Virus record (IMG/VR): IMGVR_UViG_3300027996_000021
Source: an uncultured virus (IMG/VR IMGVR_UViG_3300027996_000021)
Taxonomy: Duplodnaviria > Heunggongvirae > Uroviricota > Caudoviricetes
Direction: 5' to 3' (one strand)
Length of the DNA stretch: 20,000 nucleotides
Positions 14,765 through 20,000 of the stretch are shown piece by piece. The notes under the pieces were generated by a model. The model was not told the origin of the DNA. It saw only the letters and a list, made by a program, of their open reading frames with translations, and ran no database searches. Positions within the stretch are counted from its first letter, which is position 1. Every line of letters begins with the position of its first letter. The position numbers and the translations under genes were made by a program.

Positions 14765-16113
14765 CTATGTGGAAAGATGTTAGGGGGATGTCAAAAGAAG
14801 AAATTGCATCTGAACTAGAAAATCTAAAAAAAGTCAGAGAGATCTCTACAAAAGTAAATGTTGATAAAGTTTTAAGTGAAGAAATGGATCTTAAACCTTT
14901 ATCAAAGGTTAATATAACACTTGCCGCTAATGGTGCATTATATAATTGTGTTCGGGGATTTCTTCCCAAATTGATGGATAAGATGTATGGTGAGCGTGTC
15001 ATCTTCAAAAAACGGATGCTCAAAGCCAAGCAGGAGTTTGAGAAGACTCCTACTGATGCACTTAAAAAGGAGATTGCCAGATGTAATAACATTCAAATGG
15101 CGAAGAAGATTTCTCTTAACTCTGCTTATGGTGCTATTGGCAATCAATACTTCAGGTATTATAAACTAGACAATGCAGAGGCTATTACGCTATCTGGCCA
15201 AGTCTCAATCCGATGGATTGAGAACAAGATGAATGGTTATCTAAACGACCTTTTAAAAACCGAGGAGGTGGATTATGTCATCGCTAGCGATACAGATTCA
15301 ATCTATCTTAATCTTGGACCTCTTGTTGATAAGTTTTTTAGTTCTAAGTCTGGCAATAAAGTAGAGATTGTTTCTATACTTGATAAGGTCTGCCAAGACA
15401 AATTGGAACCATTCATCGATAAGTCTTATCAGGAATTGGCATCATATGTATCGGCTTATGACCAGAAGATGGTCATGAAGCGAGAGAACATTGCTGATCG
15501 TGGAATCTGGACTGCGAAGAAGCGATATATTCTTAACGTATGGAACAGTGAGGGTGTTGCATATGCAGAACCAAAACTGAAGATCATGGGCATTGAAGCA
15601 GTCAAATCATCCACACCAGCACCTTGCCGTCAGATGATTAAGGATGCTCTCAAACTTGTAATGACTGGAACTGAAGATGATGTTATTGACTTCATTGAGC
15701 AATCGAGAAAAAGTTTCTTGCAGATGAAACCAGAGGAAATCTCTTTTCCTCGATCTGTTAGTAATGTTGAAAAGTTTTATGATCGGTCTAGTATCTATAG
15801 AAAGGCCACTCCAATCCATGTTCGTGGAGCTCTTCTGTTTAATCACTACATAAAAGATAAGAAACTTACAAACAAGTATTCTTTAATTCAAAACGGTGAG
15901 AAGATCAAGTTCTGTTATTTGAAGGTTCCAAATACTATTCATGAGAATGTACTTTCCTTTATTCAAGATTTTCCAAAAGAACTTGATTTGAATAAGTATG
16001 TGGACTATGAACTTCAATTCAACAAATCATTTGTTGATCCACTAAAAGCAATCCTAGATGCTATTGGTTGGTCTGTAGAAAAAACTGTAAGTCTGGAGGA
16101 CTTTTTCGGATGA
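14761..16113 (+). CDS. gp43: Family B DNA polymerase gp43, C-terminal subunit (fingers, motifs B and C, thumb, clamp-binding tail)
   Basis: ANGA..., motif B KISLNSAYG, motif C ASDTDSIY, KKRY, GIEAVKSSTP and C-terminal LEDFF. Own RBS AAGGAG at 14749-14754. Confidence 0.95.
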   Translation: MTMWKDVRGMSKEEIASELENLKKVREISTKVNVDKVLSEEMDLKPLSKVNITLAANGALYNCVRGFLPKLMDKMYGERVIFKKRMLKAKQEFEKTPTDALKKEIARCNNIQMAKKISLNSAYGAIGNQYFRYYKLDNAEAITLSGQVSIRWIENKMNGYLNDLLKTEEVDYVIASDTDSIYLNLGPLVDKFFSSKSGNKVEIVSILDKVCQDKLEPFIDKSYQELASYVSAYDQKMVMKRENIADRGIWTAKKRYILNVWNSEGVAYAEPKLKIMGIEAVKSSTPAPCRQMIKDALKLVMTGTEDDVIDFIEQSRKSFLQMKPEEISFPRSVSNVEKFYDRSSIYRKATPIHVRGALLFNHYIKDKKLTNKYSLIQNGEKIKFCYLKVPNTIHENVLSFIQDFPKELDLNKYVDYELQFNKSFVDPLKAILDAIGWSVEKTVSLEDFFG

Positions 16114-16307
16114 GAGATCAGTATACAATCGATGATGATGAATCAAAACAAGACAAATGGAACCGTGGGCTAGACCTCTTTATTGAGAGTGTTCTCAAAC
16201 CAGATGCTGCATTGAGGCAATGTGCTCATAACCAAAAATGCTTTCACGAATTGTTGGATGTTCGCGAAAATGTGCTAGAATATTTGAAAACAAAACGTTG
16301 GAATTAA
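16110..16307 (+). CDS. Small hypothetical protein (MRDQYTIDD...WNRGLDLFIESV...)
   Basis: ATGA overlap with the polymerase stop codon; fills the gap to uvsX. Confidence 0.7.
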   Translation: MRDQYTIDDDESKQDKWNRGLDLFIESVLKPDAALRQCAHNQKCFHELLDVRENVLEYLKTKRWN

Positions 16308-16310
16308 TTT

Positions 16311-17315
16311 ATGGATTTTTTGAAAGATATAGTAAAAGAGATTGGAGATGACTTCACCAAACTGGCAGCAGACATTGACGAAAGTGAAACATACGTTGAC
16401 ACTGGTTCGTTCATCTTTAATGCTCTTGTATCTGGGTCTATCCGTGGGGGTGTTTCTGGTAATAAAATCACTGCAATTGCTGGTGAAAGTTCTACGGGAA
16501 AAACTTTCTTCTCTCTCGCAGTGGTTAAGAATTTTCTGGATTCTAATCCTGATGGATACTGCTTGTATTTTGATACTGAGGCAGCTGTCAATAAATCGCT
16601 CTTAGAGAGTCGTGGAATCGATCTGAATCGTCTTGTCGTAGTGAATGTGGTAACGGTCGAAGAGTTCCGTAGCAAGGCACTCAAGGCAGTAGACATGTAT
16701 CTCAAAACGCCCGATGAAGATCGCAAACCCTGCATGTTTGTGCTAGACTCTTTAGGAATGCTATCCACTGAGAAAGAGATTACGGATGCTCTTAATGAAA
16801 AGCAAGTTCGGGACATGACCAAATCCCAACTTATCAAGGGTGCTTTCCGTATGCTCACGCTCAAGTTGGGTCAAGCAAACATTCCAATGATTGTTACTAA
16901 TCACACTTATGATGTCATCGGTTCTTATGTTCCAACTAAAGAAATGGGAGGAGGCAGCGGCCTCAAGTATGCAGCGAGTACAATCATCTATCTCAGCAAA
17001 AAGAAAGAGAAGGATGGAACAGAAGTCATTGGTAATCTTATCAAGGCAAAGACTCACAAGTCTCGTTTAAGTAAGGAGAACAAGGATGTTACGGTGCGTC
17101 TGTATTACGATGAGCGTGGTCTTGATCGATATTTTGGTCTTCTTGAACTCGGTGAGATTGGTGGACTTTGGAAAAATGTAGCAGGTCGTTACGAAATTGA
17201 TGGTAAGAAAGTTTATGCAAAGGCTATTCTAAAGGATCCAGAACAATACTTTACCCCAGAGGTTATGGAGAAACTTGACATGATTGCTCGTGAAGAATTT
17301 AGTTACGGTAGTTGA
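16311..17315 (+). CDS. uvsX: UvsX RecA-like recombinase
   Basis: Walker A GESSTGKT, YFDTE, VLDSLG and MGGGSGLKYAAS; located between gp43 and gp41. Confidence 0.95.
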   Translation: MDFLKDIVKEIGDDFTKLAADIDESETYVDTGSFIFNALVSGSIRGGVSGNKITAIAGESSTGKTFFSLAVVKNFLDSNPDGYCLYFDTEAAVNKSLLESRGIDLNRLVVVNVVTVEEFRSKALKAVDMYLKTPDEDRKPCMFVLDSLGMLSTEKEITDALNEKQVRDMTKSQLIKGAFRMLTLKLGQANIPMIVTNHTYDVIGSYVPTKEMGGGSGLKYAASTIIYLSKKKEKDGTEVIGNLIKAKTHKSRLSKENKDVTVRLYYDERGLDRYFGLLELGEIGGLWKNVAGRYEIDGKKVYAKAILKDPEQYFTPEVMEKLDMIAREEFSYGS

Positions 17316-18682
17316 TGGAACAAATTGAAATCACAATTCTGAGAAGTTTGGTCAACAATGAAGACTACGCTAGAAAGGTTATACCATTTTTACAACCAGA
17401 ATACTTTGAAGATCGCATTCAGAAAACAATCTTTCTTGAGACTTCAGAGTTTATTATCAAGTATGATAGTCTTATCTCTCTTGAAGCTCTACAGATTGAG
17501 ATCTCAAATCGTTCCGATCTCACTGGAGAAGATCTTCAGGAAGCAAAAAACTGTATTGATAAACTAGAAGAAAAAGAAGTTGATCAGAAATGGTTGACGG
17601 ATTCTACTGAGAAGTGGTGTCGTGATCGTGCCATTTATTTGGCGCTTATGGAATCAATTCATATTGCGGATGGTAATGATGAAAAGAAAAATCGCGATGC
17701 CATCCCTAGTATTCTGAGTAATGCTTTAGCAGTTTCTTTTGACAACCACATTGGCCATGATTATCTACAGGACTTTGCAGAAAGGTATGAGTCTTATCAC
17801 CGTAAAGAAGATCGGATTCCGTTTGATATTGAGTACCTTAACAAGATTACTAAAGGTGGTTTACCAAATAAGACTCTTAATATCGCTCTTGCTGGCACAG
17901 GTGTCGGAAAGTCTCTTTTTATGTGTCATATGGCTGCGTCATCTCTCCTCGCGGGATATAATGTACTGTATATCACTATGGAGATGGCAGAAGAAAAAAT
18001 TGCTGAGAGAATTGATGCGAACCTTTTGAATGTAAATATTCAAGAGATTGTTGATCTTCCACGTCCTATGTTTGAAAGCAAAGTATCAAACCTTGCTAAG
18101 AAGACTCAAGGCAATTTAATTGTCAAAGAATATCCTACTGCAAGCGCACATAGTGGACATTTTAAAGCACTTCTTAATGAACTTGCACTTAAGAAGTCAT
18201 TTAGACCTGATATTATTTTCATTGATTACCTTAATATATGTGCTTCCTCCCGTTATCGCGGAAACGGCAATGTCAATTCATATTCATATATTAAGTCTAT
18301 TGCAGAAGAGCTTAGAGGATTGGCTGTTGAAGCAAACGTCCCTATCGTTTCTGCCACGCAGACCACTCGTTCTGGTTATGCTAGCTCTGATGTTGACATT
18401 ACTGACACTTCTGAGTCCTTTGGTCTCCCTGCTACTGCTGATCTTATGTTTGCCCTTATTAGCACTGAGGAACTTGAACAACTTGGACAGATAATGGTAA
18501 AGCAACTGAAGAATAGGTACAATGATGGAAATGTAAATAAACGATTCATCGTTGGCATTGATCGTGCCAAGATGCGACTTTATGATTGTGAACAGAGTGA
18601 GCAGAATATCGTTGACACTGGACGAGATGAAGAGTATAATAATGAAGAATCCGTAAATAAATTTAGTGGTCTTCAATTTTAA
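17315..18682 (+). CDS. gp41: Replicative helicase gp41 (DnaB-like SF4)
   Basis: Walker A AGTGVGKS, ITMEMAEE, IFIDYL, SATQTTR, SESFGLPATAD and KQLKNRY. ATG at 17315 overlaps the uvsX stop codon. Confidence 0.97.
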   Translation: MEQIEITILRSLVNNEDYARKVIPFLQPEYFEDRIQKTIFLETSEFIIKYDSLISLEALQIEISNRSDLTGEDLQEAKNCIDKLEEKEVDQKWLTDSTEKWCRDRAIYLALMESIHIADGNDEKKNRDAIPSILSNALAVSFDNHIGHDYLQDFAERYESYHRKEDRIPFDIEYLNKITKGGLPNKTLNIALAGTGVGKSLFMCHMAASSLLAGYNVLYITMEMAEEKIAERIDANLLNVNIQEIVDLPRPMFESKVSNLAKKTQGNLIVKEYPTASAHSGHFKALLNELALKKSFRPDIIFIDYLNICASSRYRGNGNVNSYSYIKSIAEELRGLAVEANVPIVSATQTTRSGYASSDVDITDTSESFGLPATADLMFALISTEELEQLGQIMVKQLKNRYNDGNVNKRFIVGIDRAKMRLYDCEQSEQNIVDTGRDEEYNNEESVNKFSGLQF

Positions 18683-19305
18683 TGTTTGAATTAAATGCTA
18701 AAATTCAAATAAGAGTAGAATCTTTTCGAGATTCCACAATTTATTATATGGATGATTTTTATCAGGATCCCAATCAAATTGTTTCCTTCATCAACAATAC
18801 AGAATGTTCTTATCACAAGCAAGGTGAGCTAAATTCTTATAATGGTATTCACTTTGATGATAAACGCCATAATATTGAAAGTGGTATGATTGATCATGTT
18901 TATGATTTTTTATCAAAAATTTGCAATCAATCTCCAAATAGCAAAGCATTCAATACAAATGTAGGCAAATTTTTCGATAATTCATTTAATGATTATAAAA
19001 ATAATTATTGGTGGCCACACTTAGATCTGGGATATACTGCAATCGTATATTTGAATCATGAGCAAAATTGTGGGACAAATTTATATGATGGATTGGGCAC
19101 AGATAACAGAAAAGGTATATCAGAGCATAGTGCTCCGTGGAGGCCTAAAAAAAGTTATGAGGTGATCAAGTCCATTGAACCACGATATAATAGATGTGTT
19201 TTATTTAATGCAAAAAAATTTTTTCATGGTATGAATATTTGCAATGATTATTTTTTCAACGATGAATATAGACTAAATCATGTAATGTTTTTTAAAGAAA
19301 AATGA
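18682..19305 (+). CDS. 2OG-Fe(II) oxygenase-like protein (DUF6445-like)
   Basis: DDFYQDP, PHLD (HxD), AIVYLN, GTNLY, YNRCVLF...FFHG and RLNHVMF. Confidence 0.7.
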   Translation: MFELNAKIQIRVESFRDSTIYYMDDFYQDPNQIVSFINNTECSYHKQGELNSYNGIHFDDKRHNIESGMIDHVYDFLSKICNQSPNSKAFNTNVGKFFDNSFNDYKNNYWWPHLDLGYTAIVYLNHEQNCGTNLYDGLGTDNRKGISEHSAPWRPKKSYEVIKSIEPRYNRCVLFNAKKFFHGMNICNDYFFNDEYRLNHVMFFKEK

Positions 19306-19391
19306 GTGAATTGAGTAAAGAACAATCCAAAAAGCAACAACAATTACAACAATCCGAACAACAACCATTTATTCCCAATTTTCATGACTAA
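19302..19391 (+). CDS. Possible Gln-rich micro-ORF (29 aa)
   Basis: Manual translation MSELSKEQSKKQQQLQQSEQQPFIPNFHD. ATGA overlap upstream; stop codon lies just inside the start of mazG. Confidence 0.35.
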   Translation: MSELSKEQSKKQQQLQQSEQQPFIPNFHD

Positions 19392-19794
19392 TAAAGTAAA
19401 CACTGACGCATATCTAGAGTTTGTGAACGCTGTCACATCTAAACCCAGTAAAGATGCTGATGCATTTGAGTATCGTATTCAAGAACTTCGTGGAGAGGGA
19501 TTTGAAACACATCGACTTCTCACTGCTGCTGTGGGAATGTCTGCTGAAGCAGGTGAGTTCACTGAGATTGTCAAGAAAATTGTCTTCCAAGGCAAACCAG
19601 TGAACGAAGAAAATATGTGGCATATGAAGCGTGAACTTGGCGACATTATGTGGTATGTTGCACAGGCATGTATGGGGCTTAATATTTCTCTTGATGAAAT
19701 CATTGAGATGAATGTTGAAAAACTTGTAACCCGTTATCCTGGTGGTGAGTTTGATGTTCACTACTCTGAAAATCGTCAGGAAGGAGACCTGTGA
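19384..19794 (+). CDS. mazG: MazG-like nucleoside triphosphate pyrophosphohydrolase
   Basis: GMSAEAGEFTEIVKK, ELGDIMWY and NVEKLVTRYP. Confidence 0.93.
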   Translation: MTNKVNTDAYLEFVNAVTSKPSKDADAFEYRIQELRGEGFETHRLLTAAVGMSAEAGEFTEIVKKIVFQGKPVNEENMWHMKRELGDIMWYVAQACMGLNISLDEIIEMNVEKLVTRYPGGEFDVHYSENRQEGDL

Positions 19795-19949
19795 GCAAAA
19801 AATCATTTAAGAATAAGCATCAGCAGGAATGGGAGTGGGAAGAAACTCCTGAGACTAAAGCAGCAATTGCTGCTCTTCATGAGGGAATTCGTCAGCGTAA
19901 GTTGAAAGAGCAAGATGACAAACTAAACTATGAAACAGGAGGCAAATGA
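19791..19949 (+). CDS. Small hypothetical protein (52 aa), not in the ORF track
   Basis: GTG start after AAGGAG; translation MSKKSFKNKHQQEWEWEETPETKAAIAALHEGIRQRKLKEQDDKLNYETGGK. Confidence 0.65.
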   Translation: MSKKSFKNKHQQEWEWEETPETKAAIAALHEGIRQRKLKEQDDKLNYETGGK

Positions 19950-20000
19950 AACTATTAACACTCGAAGATTATGAATTAGCAGGTCAAACATTTGGCCTAA
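19946..20000 (+). CDS. Start of a hypothetical protein (MKLLTLEDYELAGQT...), truncated by the window edge
   Basis: AGGAGG RBS and ATGA overlap with the preceding ORF. Confidence 0.55.
   Translation, partial: MKLLTLEDYELAGQTFGL

Noticed and set aside
14152..14960. Split intein joining the two polymerase halves (the YN|C at ANGALYNC looked like a C-terminal splice junction)
   Set aside because: Subunit A has no Cys/Ser-initiated intein N-domain after NISPETL, only about 19 residues. The YNC lies downstream of native polymerase sequence (ANGA), so splicing there would delete conserved residues.
12940..16113. gp43 as a pseudogene
   Set aside because: Both halves are long open frames with all exonuclease and polymerase motifs and the clamp-binding tail intact.
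464..19806. Minus-strand and nested alternative-frame ORFs in the track (e.g. 16304-16864, 7729-8157, 8465-8890, 11659-11859, 18284-18676)
   Set aside because: They are shadows of well-supported + strand genes or cross regulatory hairpins, and they carry no recognisable motifs.
19980..20000. Possible one-base frameshift in the last ORF (ACATTTGGCCTAA could read TFWPK with one more T)
   Set aside because: Based only on my recollection of similar phage proteins, and it lies at the window edge, so it cannot be evaluated here.
1..20000. CRISPR arrays, tRNA/rRNA genes, transposases, homing endonucleases
   Set aside because: I saw no repeat-spacer arrays, cloverleaf-like segments, or HNH, GIY-YIG, LAGLIDADG or DDE motifs. 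The few intergenic gaps are short and explained by promoters and hairpins.

Overview
This window is the DNA replication/recombination module of a T4-like cyanomyovirus (a marine Synechococcus/Prochlorococcus-type phage, inferred from gene content and order). All credible genes are on the + strand and tightly packed or overlapping. Gene order: end of gp46, small ORFs including the host-like purS and a glutaredoxin, a HExxH/vWA protein, a CobS-like AAA+ ATPase, gp45, a DenV-like glycosylase, gp44, a DUF4338/DruA-like protein, gp62, regA, hsp20, gp43, uvsX, gp41 and mazG. The most striking feature is the family B DNA polymerase (gp43). It is split into two separately translated genes with no intein or intron signature, its catalytic motifs are divided between the halves, both halves carry new helical tails at the break, and a 2OG-Fe(II) oxygenase gene sits between them. 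That oxygenase is one of three inserted among core genes. Non-coding points of interest are a ROSE-like thermometer hairpin over the hsp20 ribosome binding site, a structured RNA between regA and hsp20, a repeated palindrome plus -10 promoter architecture, and a perfect sigma70 promoter embedded in a GC-rich inverted repeat. All family assignments come from motif recognition; no database searches were run.
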